From positions 33,335 through 97,334 of the forward strand of contig CANQUM010000004.1 in NCBI GenBank assembly GCA_947627045.1: DNA of 64,000 nucleotides, written 5' to 3'. Of this stretch, positions 27,308 through 38,202 are shown piece by piece. A program made the translations under genes and the position numbers. The notes below the pieces were generated by a model, which saw only the letters and a program-made list of their open reading frames with translations, did no database searches and was not told the origin of the DNA. Position 1 is the stretch's first letter. Each line of letters begins with the position of its first letter. Origin of the DNA: an uncultured Clostridia bacterium. GTDB taxonomy: Bacteria > Bacillota > Clostridia > Oscillospirales > Ruminococcaceae.

Positions 27308-28435
27308 CTATTTAAAATACATATATAACTGACATTTTATCATTCCGTTGTAAAGTTTTCTGCGCTTATCAGCTTTCTTTCCAAAGAACCTTTCAAACTC
27401 CTCATGAGGTGTGATTATATAGCATGGACGCTCCTTAGACGGATTTAATCTGTCGCCCAGTTTTTTATAAAGCAGTTCTGCGTCCTTTATTTCTAACATT
27501 CTTTCTCCGTAAGGAGGATTGCAAAAGGTAATCGAATTTTCAGACTGTTTAAACCTTGATATATCAGATTGCTTGATAACCAGCTTTGAACCCACTCCTG
27601 CCTTTCTGGCATTAGACTGCGTAAGCTCAACAGCGGCATCGTCAATATCAAAGCCGAACGCTTTAAATTCACCCAGTCTGTCAATTGACTCAAGTGCCTC
27701 AGCTCTAGCGTCAGCCCAGACCTTATCATCAATCTGCGTCCAACTCTGCGCTGCAAAATTTCTCCTCAATCCAGGAGCAATATTTAACGCCTTATATGCC
27801 GACTCGATCAAGAATGTTCCCGAACCGCACATAGGATCAAAAACTGTACTGTTTGAACGCACTCTCGCCAAATCAACAATTCCTGCCGCTAAGGTCTCCT
27901 TTATAGGAGCCGCATTTGAATTTCTTCTGTATCCCCTTTTATGAAGCCCCGCGCCGGATGTATCAAGAAAAATCGTCGCAATGTCTTTGTGGATTGAAAA
28001 CTGAACCTGATGTACAGATCCGCTCTCATCAAACCAGTTTATTCCATATATGCCTTTTAATCGCTCAACTATTGCTTTCTTTATTATCGACTGACAATCG
28101 GGTACGCTGTGTAAAGCAGAATTCAGAGAATATCCCTTGACCGGAAAAGCGTCCTGTTTTCCTATGAAATTCTCAAACGGTAAACTTTTTACACCTTGAA
28201 ACAGCTCCTCAAAGCTCTTAGCTTCAAATGAGCCAATCTCTATCAGTACTCTTTCTGCCGTTGAAAGCCAAATATTTGCTTTGGCAAGCGTATTAAAATC
28301 ACCGTCAAAAGAAATTTTTCCGTCTGTTACCTTTAGATTTTCACCGCCGATTTTTTTTATTTCATATGACAGCACGCTCTCCAACCCGAACAGGCACGGA
28401 CAGCTAAGTCTTATTAATTTATCCATTTTTATCAT
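27308..28435 (-). CDS. THUMP-domain class I SAM-dependent RNA methyltransferase (RlmL/YpsC-like)
   Basis: 375 aa. N-terminal THUMP-like region, DPMCGSGTFLIE SAM motif, NPPYG catalytic motif. Confidence 0.8.
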   Translation of the reverse strand: MIKMDKLIRLSCPCLFGLESVLSYEIKKIGGENLKVTDGKISFDGDFNTLAKANIWLSTAERVLIEIGSFEAKSFEELFQGVKSLPFENFIGKQDAFPVKGYSLNSALHSVPDCQSIIKKAIVERLKGIYGINWFDESGSVHQVQFSIHKDIATIFLDTSGAGLHKRGYRRNSNAAPIKETLAAGIVDLARVRSNSTVFDPMCGSGTFLIESAYKALNIAPGLRRNFAAQSWTQIDDKVWADARAEALESIDRLGEFKAFGFDIDDAAVELTQSNARKAGVGSKLVIKQSDISRFKQSENSITFCNPPYGERMLEIKDAELLYKKLGDRLNPSKERPCYIITPHEEFERFFGKKADKRRKLYNGMIKCQLYMYFK

Positions 28436-28489
28436 AATGGCTATTCACCTGCAACAGTGAATAGCCATTCTCCTTTATTTAATTTCTGT

Positions 28490-30721
28490 TTAGCAGGAGG
28501 TACAAACAGCAGGAATATTTGACGCCTTATACCATCCAGTAGCCGTTGACCAACACCTTGAACCGGCTATCATTCCCGACCTTGTACAGTATTTAAGCTG
28601 CTGTACGTTATCAGGAACTTCAAAATCCGTCTTTGATGAGGAATTAGCTATATCGCCGAAAACATTTTTCCATATAGCGCCTATATTCTGATACTCGCTT
28701 GACGAAATCTGCTTAGCCTTCTTAGCATATCCAACCCAAACTCCGCTTACATAAGACGGCGAACAGCATACAAAGGTAAGATTGTGCCACTTATCTGAAG
28801 TTCCCGTTTTGCCGACCAAATCAACATTGCTCAGTCTTGCATAACGACCCGTACCGTTTGAATTAGTTATTACCGTCTGCATCATTCGGTTCATAACAAA
28901 CGCTGTTGACTTGTCAATCGCCTGCTCAGGCTCATACTTGTTCTCATAGATAACGTTTCCCTCTCTGTCAACCATTTTTGATATAAACGTTGGCTCGTAA
29001 TACTGACCGCCGTTTCCGAACATCTCATAGGCTGCTACTAGCTCCTCTAAAATAAGTCCGTTTGTCAAAGCTCCAACTACCATTGGTGAGTAGTTAGGGT
29101 CTTTATTTATATCAAGCGTTGATATGTGAAGTGTGTTCTGAAGGAAGTTATAGCTGTACGATGGCGTCAGCTTTTCAACTATCTGAGCGGGCGCAGTGTT
29201 GAGCGATCTGTATATCATTTCAAATGTGAAATAATTGTTATACGACCAGTTGCTGGTTCCGCCGTATTCAGAATAGTTTATAGGCCATTTTTCAGTAGTG
29301 TTATCTTTCTTTGTTATAGTTATAGGTTTATCATTAAATATAGTTGACCATGTTATCAGATCCTTGTCAAGAGCCGGTGCATATGCCGCAATAGGTTTGA
29401 TAGACGAACCAGGCTGACGTGCTGACATCGTTGCAATGTTCCAGCCTCTCGACACCTTTTTCTTTCCTCTTCCGCCGACAACTGCCTTTACTCTTCCCTT
29501 ATAGTCCATTACAATAAATGCACTCTGCAGTTTGTCAGAACTCAAGGTGTAGTTTGTAAAGTTAGAAGGCTCTCTGTATTCCTTCTCTACCTTTGACTGC
29601 ATATTTAGATTTACATTTGTGTTTATCGTATATCCGCCGGCATTCAGCTTCTCCTCTGCCTCTTCGGTTGAAATGTCATCATACTCTGCAATTCTGTCAA
29701 CAGCTTCATCTAAGGTTGCGTCAACATAATACGATGTAACACCGGTATTCTGATATTTTCCAACGCTTACAGTATCGTCGCTAGAATAGTTTTTATCACC
29801 TGTTATTACTAACTTCTCTGCAAGTGCTTCTTCATATTCGTTCGTTGAAATAGCACCGTTGTCAAGCATACATTTTAAATTAAAATCGTTTGTTCTTCCC
29901 ACGTTCTCATCATAATTATCATATGGGTTATAATCACCAGGCGATGGAGTTATAGCAGCTAAACTTGCGGCCTCTTTAATTGAAAGCTCAGAAACATCCT
30001 TCCCAAAGTAGAAATTAGCAGCAGCCTGTACTCCTGCAACATTGTTTCCGAGAGGCACTATGTTTAAATATGCCTCCAAAATTTCCTGCTTTGTATAAGC
30101 CTTTTCAACATTTATAGAACGGAAAATCTCTCGGATCTTTCTTGCCATACCGTCTGTTCCGCTTGTTGCGTTATCGCCGGTTATGTTCTTTATAGTCTGC
30201 TGAGTTATTGTCGAACCGCCCTGCCTTGTGTCATAGAAATGCAAAATCAGATTTGCAAATGAAGCGAAGGTTCTTTTAAAGTCAACTCCATCGTGCATAT
30301 TAAAACGCTCGTCTTCAGAGCATACAAAAGCATCACATACATACTTTGGAATATCTGAATAATCTACCCATGTTCTCTTTTCGCCATTAGCATTAAGAGA
30401 ATAATACAAAGCATACTTTTCAGAGTCCTCATCATTCTTGTCGTAATCAGGATTGTTTGCAAGCAGTCTTGTAGTATAAGACATCTCTACATTTTCCAAA
30501 TTGACTACGTTTGATGAATCTGCAAAATTTAAAATATATATAGTAAGAGCAGTCGCAAGAATAGAACCTGTTATCACGACAATTAAAAACATTGAAAGAA
30601 TAATCGTTCCAATAATTCTTAATATACGAACAATAGGCTTCTGCCTTTTTTTATTCCTGTGGCCTCTTACGGTATTTCTATTTGAACCGCCAGACATATT
30701 TTTTATGTTGTTATTCCGCAT
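28490..30721 (-). CDS. Class A penicillin-binding protein (glycosyltransferase plus transpeptidase)
   Basis: 743 aa with an N-terminal TM anchor. GT51 motifs EDERF and GGSTITQQ. Transpeptidase motifs SSIKP and KTGT. Confidence 0.85.
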   Translation of the reverse strand: MRNNNIKNMSGGSNRNTVRGHRNKKRQKPIVRILRIIGTIILSMFLIVVITGSILATALTIYILNFADSSNVVNLENVEMSYTTRLLANNPDYDKNDEDSEKYALYYSLNANGEKRTWVDYSDIPKYVCDAFVCSEDERFNMHDGVDFKRTFASFANLILHFYDTRQGGSTITQQTIKNITGDNATSGTDGMARKIREIFRSINVEKAYTKQEILEAYLNIVPLGNNVAGVQAAANFYFGKDVSELSIKEAASLAAITPSPGDYNPYDNYDENVGRTNDFNLKCMLDNGAISTNEYEEALAEKLVITGDKNYSSDDTVSVGKYQNTGVTSYYVDATLDEAVDRIAEYDDISTEEAEEKLNAGGYTINTNVNLNMQSKVEKEYREPSNFTNYTLSSDKLQSAFIVMDYKGRVKAVVGGRGKKKVSRGWNIATMSARQPGSSIKPIAAYAPALDKDLITWSTIFNDKPITITKKDNTTEKWPINYSEYGGTSNWSYNNYFTFEMIYRSLNTAPAQIVEKLTPSYSYNFLQNTLHISTLDINKDPNYSPMVVGALTNGLILEELVAAYEMFGNGGQYYEPTFISKMVDREGNVIYENKYEPEQAIDKSTAFVMNRMMQTVITNSNGTGRYARLSNVDLVGKTGTSDKWHNLTFVCCSPSYVSGVWVGYAKKAKQISSSEYQNIGAIWKNVFGDIANSSSKTDFEVPDNVQQLKYCTRSGMIAGSRCWSTATGWYKASNIPAVCTSC

Positions 30722-30841
30722 AATAATGCCCTTTCTCCTTTCTCATAAATATATCTATCTTTATAATCATTTCTATTATATCACACCATAATTTGAATGT
30801 AAAGACTGATAAATCAAATCTAACTCTAACATAAAAAATAT

Positions 30842-32086
30842 CTACACTTCCCAGCTTGAAAGATACTTTTCCTGTTCAGGAGTGAGACTGTCAATTTCAA
30901 GACCCCAAAATTTAATTTTGCGCTTGGCAACCTCATTGTCAACACTTTTTGGAACATCTATAATTTTTTCTTTCAGCTTATCTCTATTCTCCACAAGATA
31001 CAATGCACTCAATGCCTGAATGGCAAAGCTCATATCCATAATCTCAGCAGGATGCCCGTCGCCTGCGGCAAGATTAACCAGCCTTCCTTCTGCAATAACA
31101 TTCAGCCGGTTTCCGTTAGAAAGCTTATAGCTCATAATATTGTTTCTTGCCTGCTTTGTTTCAACAGCCAGCTCTTTGAGCCCTGCAACGTCTACCTCAC
31201 AGTCGAAATGTCCTGCATTGCACATAATTGCACCGTCTTTCATATTCATAAAAGACTTCTCGGTTATTACATCCTTGCAGCCTGTAACTGTAATAAAGAA
31301 ATCGCCTATTTTTGCCGCTTCCTCCATTTTCATGACCTTAAAGCCGTCCATAACAGCTTCCATAGCCTTTATAGGATCTATTTCGGTAACGATAACTGAC
31401 GCTCCCATACCTTTAGCTCTCATAGCAACTCCTTTGCCGCACCAGCCATAGCCCGCTACAACTACATTCTTTCCTGCGACAATAAGATTAGTTGTTCTGT
31501 TAATTCCGTCCCAAACGGATTGACCTGTTCCGTATCTGTTGTCAAACAAATGCTTGCAGTCGGCATTATTGACAAGCACCATAGGGAACTTCAAAGCGTT
31601 ATCATTGTTCATAGCAATAAGCCTTATAATCCCTGTAGTAGTTTCTTCACAGCCGCCTATAACATTATCAATAAGCTCGGGATACTCGTTGTGAATAAGA
31701 TTTACAAGATCTCCTCCGTCGTCGATAATAACATTAGGTCCTGCCTTGATAACCTCGCTTGTGTGATGGTGATATTCTTCATCACTCGCATTATACCAAG
31801 CATACACGTTTAAACCGTTGTGAACAAGCGCTGCGGCAACATCGTCCTGTGTTGAAAGAGGGTTACTTCCTGTAATATACATTTCAGCGCCGCCTGCTGC
31901 CAAAACCTTGCACAAATACGCCGTTTTAGCCTCAAGATGAATAGAAAGTGCAATTTTTATACCCTTAAAAGGCTTCTTCTCGCTGAATTCCTTTTCTATG
32001 CTGTTCAATAGAGGCATATTTGCCCTTACCCAGTCTATTTTCGTTTTTCCGCTTTCCCAAATACTTTCGTTTCTTATTTCACTCAT
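30842..32086 (-). CDS. ahcY: Adenosylhomocysteinase
   Basis: 414 aa. NAD-binding VAGYGWCGKGVA and the CNAGHFDCEVD motif. Confidence 0.9.
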   Translation of the reverse strand: MSEIRNESIWESGKTKIDWVRANMPLLNSIEKEFSEKKPFKGIKIALSIHLEAKTAYLCKVLAAGGAEMYITGSNPLSTQDDVAAALVHNGLNVYAWYNASDEEYHHHTSEVIKAGPNVIIDDGGDLVNLIHNEYPELIDNVIGGCEETTTGIIRLIAMNNDNALKFPMVLVNNADCKHLFDNRYGTGQSVWDGINRTTNLIVAGKNVVVAGYGWCGKGVAMRAKGMGASVIVTEIDPIKAMEAVMDGFKVMKMEEAAKIGDFFITVTGCKDVITEKSFMNMKDGAIMCNAGHFDCEVDVAGLKELAVETKQARNNIMSYKLSNGNRLNVIAEGRLVNLAAGDGHPAEIMDMSFAIQALSALYLVENRDKLKEKIIDVPKSVDNEVAKRKIKFWGLEIDSLTPEQEKYLSSWEV

Positions 32087-32101
32087 TTTATACTCCTTAA
32101 T

Positions 32102-32536
32102 TTAAAACTCTATGTTCAGATTATCGTTGAATACATCATATAATTCAGGAAAATCTCTTTTTGTTCTTATTGGTCTGAATTCCCTATTTACAAAGCAATG
32201 CGACGATTTGCACACAGCTGAGAGCTTGTCCGCAGTTGTGTTGATTATCCTGTATTCTACCGAAAACCGTACTCCATTAAATTCCTTTAGCTTTAAATGA
32301 ATTTCAAACTCATCATCAAATCTGATAGGGTGTTTATACTCACATTCCGCTGACAGCACGGGTATCATAAGCCCCGATTGCTCAACCTTAGAATAAGGAT
32401 AGCCTATATGTTCAAGCCAGTAAATTCTAGCTTCCTCCATCCATCTTATATAATTTGAATGATGAACTATTCCCATTCCGTCGGTTTCATAGTAATATGC
32501 CTTTCTTGAAAATGGTTTATATTTGCTTTCGCTCAT
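32102..32536 (-). CDS. Acyl-CoA thioesterase (YbgC/4HBT hot-dog fold)
   Basis: YYETDGMGIVHHSNYIRWMEEAR motif. Start set at the ATG after a GGAAGGA RBS. Confidence 0.75.
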   Translation of the reverse strand: MSESKYKPFSRKAYYYETDGMGIVHHSNYIRWMEEARIYWLEHIGYPYSKVEQSGLMIPVLSAECEYKHPIRFDDEFEIHLKLKEFNGVRFSVEYRIINTTADKLSAVCKSSHCFVNREFRPIRTKRDFPELYDVFNDNLNIEF

Positions 32537-32679
32537 TTGTATAGATCCTTCCAATATGAAAAGTATAATTTGTTTTTCTATATATTATTATATAATCTTT
32601 ACTATTCTTTGTCAATTAAGAAAGAATAATGCAAAGTTCAAAAAATGCAGACAGTTTTAAACTATCTGCATTTTTATTT

Positions 32680-34074
32680 CTATTTTGCAACAGTAAAAGT
32701 TACAGTTTTTCCTCGCTCTGTAAACGTACCTTCAATAGTATCCTGCTTGATGATCTCACCTGTCTTCGCATCACTGCTTTCTTTTTCAATGACTTTTATA
32801 TCCAAGAAGTCTCCGTATTTTTCTTTTACCTCGTCTATCTGTCTGCCGACAAAATCAGGAAGCTGTATCATCTTTGTATCTTCAGTTATATCGTCAGAAG
32901 GCTCTTTTTCTTTCGGACGCTCAACAGTGTAATCCTCTCCGCTTGAAGCTTTCTTCAATGCGTCAAGCAAACCGTCTGTTCTCCATTCATAGGTTTCTCT
33001 ATCAACCTCTTCTCCGTTATCCCAGAAAAATGTTGCAATGCCTAAATCGGTACACTTCTTTACAACGCTCTCGCACCAATAAATCCTGCTTGTATCTTCA
33101 GCCGCTGAGTTTACTCCATACTCACCAAGAATAACAGGAACTCCATTGCTTATAAATTTATCGTTCAGCATATCAAACAGCCTGTTAAGTTCGCTTATTT
33201 CAGCCTCACTTCCCCAAGTTGCCGGATCTCCGTTAATGCAGAACTGCCAAGGAGTATAATAATGAACTGACAAGATACATCTGTCAGCAGTATCTTCAGG
33301 CATTACAATTCCCGCACATGACCTTGTAATATCAGTCCAATATCCTGCTATAAGAAGATGACGCTTTTCATTGTTTCCGCCCGAGCTTCTTATTAAATTA
33401 ACGAACTCCTGATTGATTTTATTCACAAGCTCAAATCCCTTATCCTCTGAGACATTATCAAAACCAACCTCATTCATCGACTCGAACACAAGATAATCGG
33501 AATAGTCCTTAAACCTTTCAGCGATCTGCTTCCAGATAGCCCTATATTTTTCCATAACGCCGTCATAATCCTTGTCAGCATTCTTGATCCAAGCGCCGCA
33601 TTCTAAATCGTCTCCTCCGTCATGGTGGAGATTGATAATAACATACATTCCGCAGCTTCTTGCATAATCGACAATCTCCTGAACCCTGTTCATCCAATCT
33701 TCGTCGATCTTATAGCCGGGAGCCTCCCCTAAATGATCTCTCCATGTAACAGGAATACGCACAGATTTTACTCCGTCCTTCTTGAGAGAATCAAAAAGTG
33801 CCTTTTTAGTCTTTGGATTGCCCCAAAGAGTCTCATCTACCTTTTCAGAGCTTTCGTCAACTCCGCCATCGCCGTTTCTGTCTGCATTGCAGACATCAAG
33901 CGTGTTGCCAAGATTCCAACCAAGACCCATATCCTTTACAAGCTCAGTTGATGTCATTTCACGGATTTTTCCGTTGTCAACCGTCTCTGAACCGCCTTTA
34001 TCACTGCAGGCTGTTAAGCTTGTTAAAGCCAGAACACTCGACAAAATCAGCGGCAGAATTCTTTTAAAATTCAT
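32680..34074 (-). CDS. Glycoside hydrolase family 5 lipoprotein (cellulase/endoglucanase-like) with a C-terminal PASTA-like domain
   Basis: Lipobox LTSLTAC. GH5 motifs GWNLGNTLD, FESMNE (acid/base Glu) and LGEYG (nucleophile Glu). The last ~60 aa, LPDFVGRQIDEVKEKYG...GEIIKQD...GKTVTFTVAK, fit the PASTA pattern. Confidence 0.8.
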   Translation of the reverse strand: MNFKRILPLILSSVLALTSLTACSDKGGSETVDNGKIREMTSTELVKDMGLGWNLGNTLDVCNADRNGDGGVDESSEKVDETLWGNPKTKKALFDSLKKDGVKSVRIPVTWRDHLGEAPGYKIDEDWMNRVQEIVDYARSCGMYVIINLHHDGGDDLECGAWIKNADKDYDGVMEKYRAIWKQIAERFKDYSDYLVFESMNEVGFDNVSEDKGFELVNKINQEFVNLIRSSGGNNEKRHLLIAGYWTDITRSCAGIVMPEDTADRCILSVHYYTPWQFCINGDPATWGSEAEISELNRLFDMLNDKFISNGVPVILGEYGVNSAAEDTSRIYWCESVVKKCTDLGIATFFWDNGEEVDRETYEWRTDGLLDALKKASSGEDYTVERPKEKEPSDDITEDTKMIQLPDFVGRQIDEVKEKYGDFLDIKVIEKESSDAKTGEIIKQDTIEGTFTERGKTVTFTVAK

Positions 34075-34240
34075 AAGTAATCCCTCCTAATATAAATATG
34101 CTTTTTAGTAAATAAGATTTTATTTCCTTTAATAAATATTTATAATCATTAATTCCATTTTACAATATTATAATAAACGGCTCTGTGATAAATGTCAGTA
34201 TTAAAATCTAACATTTCTACAGAACCGTATTTAACATCAG

Positions 34241-35815
34241 CTAAATCATACTATCTTCCCAGCAAGACGGCGCTTCTATACCCAGAACCTTTGCTACTGT
34301 GGGTGCAACATTTGAAAGTCCATAGCTGCCCTCTTTTATGGTGTATTCAGTATTCTTATCGTAAATGATGAAAGGAACTCTGTTAAGCGAGTGTGCCGTT
34401 CTTACCTGAATATCTCCCTTTTTGTTCTTTTCAAGCATCTCATCGGCATTCCCGTGATCGGCTGTTATCATAATTGTACAGTCAATGTCCTCGCAAGCCT
34501 TGATAAGCCTTGAAAGTCCCAAATCAACCGATTCAACGCCGATAATAGTCGCCGCCATACTTCCTGTATGTCCAACCATATCACCGTTCGGATAGTTACA
34601 CCTTAGAAAATCATATTTGCCCGACTTGATAGCCTTAATCAAATCGTCAGTTATCTCAGCCGACTTCATCCAAGGTCTCTCGTCAAACGAAACCTTGTCA
34701 GACGGTATCTCTTTCCACGTTTCTAACTCTTCGCTGAATTTCTCTGACTTATTTCCGTTCCAGAAGTATGTAACGTGTCCATACTTTTGTGTTTCTGAAA
34801 CAGCATAAGAACTCAGCCCGTTTTTAACAAGCAGTTCAGAAAGCGTATTGGTGATCTCAGGAGGGCTTACCAGATATTTATTCGGCAAGTTCAAATCACC
34901 GTCGTACTGCAGCATTCCTGCAAATACAACATTCAGCTTTGGTCCTCTGTCAAAGAAAGTGAAATCCTCGTCGTCAAACGCCATAGAAAGCTCTATTGCT
35001 CTGTCGCCTCTGAAATTGAACAGAACTACACTGTCATTTTCAACTATCTTTCCGACAGGCTCGCCGTTTTCAGCAATAACAAACGGCGGCAAGTCCTGAT
35101 CAATTACTCCTTCATTTTCTGTTCTGTAAGTTTCTATGGCGATTGTTGCATTGTCAAACTGCCTGCCCTCGCCTAAAACGTGGGTTTTCCAGCCAAGCTC
35201 TACCATTCCCCAGTCAGCCTGGTATCTATCCATAGTTATCTTCATTCTTCCGCCGCCGGAAGCTATCTTAGCGTCAAATGTACTGTCATTCAACTCGCTC
35301 ATACAAGTTTCAAGCTCGTTGATATATTGAAGTCCAGATGTTGCAGGAACATCTCTGCCGTCTAAAAGAACGTGGCATCTTACCTTAGCAACACCTTGCT
35401 CCTTCGCCTTTTTAATCATTGTTTTGAGGTGCGAAATGTTAGAGTGTACATTTCCGTCTGAAAGAAGTCCGATAAAATGAAGTGTCGATAAGTGCGATTT
35501 TACATTCTCAACGACTTCGCCCCAAGTTTCACTTTTAAACATCTTGCCGCTTTCGATAGACTCATTAACCAGCTTTGCTCCCTGTGAATAAATCTGTCCG
35601 CAGCCAAGAGCATTATGCCCTACCTCGCTGTTTCCCATATCACCGTCGGTAGGAAGTCCAACAGCGTCGCCGTGAGCCTTTAATGATGTATTCGGACATT
35701 CCTTTAGAAGTCTGTCAAGAGTAGGAGTATTCGCCTCTGTAACAGCGTCGCCAAGACCCGTAATACTGTTGCCTATACCGTCCATTACTACTAAAATAAC
35801 AGGTTTTTTTGCCAT
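34241..35815 (-). CDS. gpmI: 2,3-bisphosphoglycerate-independent phosphoglycerate mutase
   Basis: 524 aa. VILVVMDGIG, NSEVGHNALG, ITADHGNA. Confidence 0.9.
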   Translation of the reverse strand: MAKKPVILVVMDGIGNSITGLGDAVTEANTPTLDRLLKECPNTSLKAHGDAVGLPTDGDMGNSEVGHNALGCGQIYSQGAKLVNESIESGKMFKSETWGEVVENVKSHLSTLHFIGLLSDGNVHSNISHLKTMIKKAKEQGVAKVRCHVLLDGRDVPATSGLQYINELETCMSELNDSTFDAKIASGGGRMKITMDRYQADWGMVELGWKTHVLGEGRQFDNATIAIETYRTENEGVIDQDLPPFVIAENGEPVGKIVENDSVVLFNFRGDRAIELSMAFDDEDFTFFDRGPKLNVVFAGMLQYDGDLNLPNKYLVSPPEITNTLSELLVKNGLSSYAVSETQKYGHVTYFWNGNKSEKFSEELETWKEIPSDKVSFDERPWMKSAEITDDLIKAIKSGKYDFLRCNYPNGDMVGHTGSMAATIIGVESVDLGLSRLIKACEDIDCTIMITADHGNADEMLEKNKKGDIQVRTAHSLNRVPFIIYDKNTEYTIKEGSYGLSNVAPTVAKVLGIEAPSCWEDSMI

Positions 35816-35839
35816 TTGAATTTCTCCTTAATCTCTATA

Positions 35840-36607
35840 TTATTTTGAAGCCTCTTCCAATAAAACACCGAACTTTTCAGCTACAAGCGATGCTCCGCCT
35901 ATAAGGCCACCGTCAACATCTTCTTTTGAGAGAAGCTCTGCACAGTTTTTCTCGTTCATAGAACCGCCGTACTGAATAGTAACCGCATCAGCAGTCGCTT
36001 TATCATAAAGCTTAGCCAGCGTATCACGAATAAATCTGCAAACCTCCTGTGCCTGATCAGCAGTAGCAGTCTTGCCTGTGCCTATAGCCCATACAGGCTC
36101 GTATGCAATGATGCACTTCTCTAAATCATCAGCGCTTATATCATAAAAATCAAGCTTTATCTGACGTGCTATAACCTCTTCTGTGATGTTGCACTCACGT
36201 TCCCACAAAAGCTCACCTACGCAGACAATTGGTTTAAGACCTGCTGCAAGTGCCGCTTTTGTCCTCTTGTTTACCGTTTCATCTGTCTCTGCAAAATACT
36301 GCCTTCTCTCTGAATGACCGAGTATAACATACTCTACTCCCATCTCTGCAAGCATATCTGCTGAAATCTCACCTGTATATGCTCCGCTATTTTCAAAATG
36401 ACAGTTCTCAGCGCCTACCTTTATGTTTGTTCCATCTGTGAGCGAAAGCGCTGTTTCAAGATTTGTAAAAGGTACGCATATTACAACTCCGCAGGTTTTA
36501 TTTTGTGCAATAGGCTTTAACTCCTCGATCAATGCCTTTGCCTCAGGTCTCGTCTTGTTCATTTTCCAGTTACCTGCAATAACCGCCTGTCTTAAATCTT
36601 TTCTCAT
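35840..36607 (-). CDS. tpiA: Triose-phosphate isomerase
   Basis: 255 aa. AGNWKMN, ILGHSERR, AYEPVWAIGTG. Confidence 0.95.
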   Translation of the reverse strand: MRKDLRQAVIAGNWKMNKTRPEAKALIEELKPIAQNKTCGVVICVPFTNLETALSLTDGTNIKVGAENCHFENSGAYTGEISADMLAEMGVEYVILGHSERRQYFAETDETVNKRTKAALAAGLKPIVCVGELLWERECNITEEVIARQIKLDFYDISADDLEKCIIAYEPVWAIGTGKTATADQAQEVCRFIRDTLAKLYDKATADAVTIQYGGSMNEKNCAELLSKEDVDGGLIGGASLVAEKFGVLLEEASK

Positions 36608-36689
36608 TTTTAATTAACCCCTTTTTCTGAAATTTAATTTGTCAAAATTTAAGGACTGCCCATATTCAGGGCAATCCTCAATATATAAA

Positions 36690-37901
36690 TTACTTATCAG
36701 CAATAACGTCAATGCCCGGTAATACCTTACCCTCAAGATATTCAAGCGATGCTCCGCCGCCTGTTGAAATATGCGACATCTTGTCTGAAAAACCAAGCTG
36801 AATAACTGCTGCTGCTGAATCTCCTCCGCCGATAATTGTAGTAGCGTCGGTATCTGCCAAAGACTGTGCAACTGCTATAGTTCCCTTAGCAAGAACAGGA
36901 TTTTCAAACACTCCCATAGGTCCGTTCCATACAACCGTCTTAGCAGACTTAACTGCCTCAGCATAAAGCTCCGCTGTCTTTGTTCCAATGTCAAGTCCCA
37001 TCTTATCCGACGGAATACTATCACTCGATACGACCTCTATATCAATTTCAGCGTCAATCGGGTCAGGAAATTCCGCTGCTATTGTTGTGTCAACAGGTAA
37101 AAGAAGCTTCTTACCCAGCTTCTCTGCCTTTTCAATCATTTCCTTGCAGTAGTCTATCTTTGTATCGTCAACAAGTGAAGTTCCTACCTCTTTACCCTGA
37201 GCCTTTAAGAATGTATATGCCATTCCTCCGCCTATAATCAGCGTATCGCATTTCTCCAAAAGATTTGAAATAACATTCAGCTTATCAGCAACCTTTGCTC
37301 CTCCCAAAATTGCAACAAAAGGTCTTTCAGGATCTTCAACTGCATTTCCAAGATAGTTTATTTCCTTTTGCATCAGATACCCTACTGCTGTATCCTTGAT
37401 ATGGTTTGTAACACCTGCTGTTGAACAGTGCGCTCTGTGAGCAGAACCGAATGCGTCCATTACAAAAACATCGGCAAGAGATGCAAGCTCCTCACTGAAC
37501 GGCTCAAGATTCTTTGTCTCTTCTTTTCTAAATCTTGTGTTCTGTAAAAGCACAACGTCGCCGTCATTCATAGCCTTTACTGCAGCTTTTGCATTTTCAC
37601 CCACTACCTCGTCGTCGTTTGCAAAAACAACCTCTTTGCCCAAAAGCTCCGAAAGTCTTACTGCAACAGGCGCAAGGGAAAACTTCTCCTCAGGACCGTT
37701 CTTTGGTTTGCCCAAGTGTGAGCAAAGAATAACCTTTCCGCCGTCGGAAATCAGCTTTTTGATAGTAGGTAATGCCGCTGTTATTCTGTTATCGTTTGTA
37801 ATAACGCCGTCTTTCAGCGGTACGTTAAAATCACAGCGGACTAAAACCTTCTTTCCTTTTACATTAATGTCATCAACTGTTACCTTGTTTAGACCTGCCA
37901 T
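36690..37901 (-). CDS. pgk: Phosphoglycerate kinase
   Basis: 403 aa. [21 protein letters not shown]. Confidence 0.95.
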   Translation of the reverse strand: MAGLNKVTVDDINVKGKKVLVRCDFNVPLKDGVITNDNRITAALPTIKKLISDGGKVILCSHLGKPKNGPEEKFSLAPVAVRLSELLGKEVVFANDDEVVGENAKAAVKAMNDGDVVLLQNTRFRKEETKNLEPFSEELASLADVFVMDAFGSAHRAHCSTAGVTNHIKDTAVGYLMQKEINYLGNAVEDPERPFVAILGGAKVADKLNVISNLLEKCDTLIIGGGMAYTFLKAQGKEVGTSLVDDTKIDYCKEMIEKAEKLGKKLLLPVDTTIAAEFPDPIDAEIDIEVVSSDSIPSDKMGLDIGTKTAELYAEAVKSAKTVVWNGPMGVFENPVLAKGTIAVAQSLADTDATTIIGGGDSAAAVIQLGFSDKMSHISTGGGASLEYLEGKVLPGIDVIADK

Positions 37902-38202
37902 TTAATACGACATCCTCTCTTGTAAATATTTTAATCAGCTTATCTGATTTATATTATCACTGTTATTTTAATAACAGCATTTCTATTATTGTATAACAAA
38001 TGACAATAAAATTCAATAGTTTTATCAGAATTTTACCATTAGTTAATAATAAAAACCGACATCTTAACCATTGACTTACTTGTCTGTTTTTTCCTTGTCC
38101 CTTTCCATAGCTTCATTATTCATTAAATGTTTAGATGAAGAATCATTACGTTTAAAGAAACGATGCGACAGACTTATGCAAGACGCTGAAGAATAATTAT
38201 CC

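Noticed and set aside
28437-28468. A perfect 12-bp hairpin (ATGGCTATTCAC / GTGAATAGCCAT) between the PBP gene and the THUMP methyltransferase gene, as a terminator.
   Set aside because: No U-run follows it on the transcribed (minus) strand, and it abuts the methyltransferase start codon. It may affect translation or mRNA stability, but I cannot support a terminator call.
36614-36871. An 85-aa minus-strand ORF overlapping the pgk 3' end and the pgk-tpiA spacer.
   Set aside because: It is out of frame with pgk over most of its length. It has no RBS and a Gln/Leu-rich nonsense-like sequence. The spacer is better explained as an ordinary intercistronic region.
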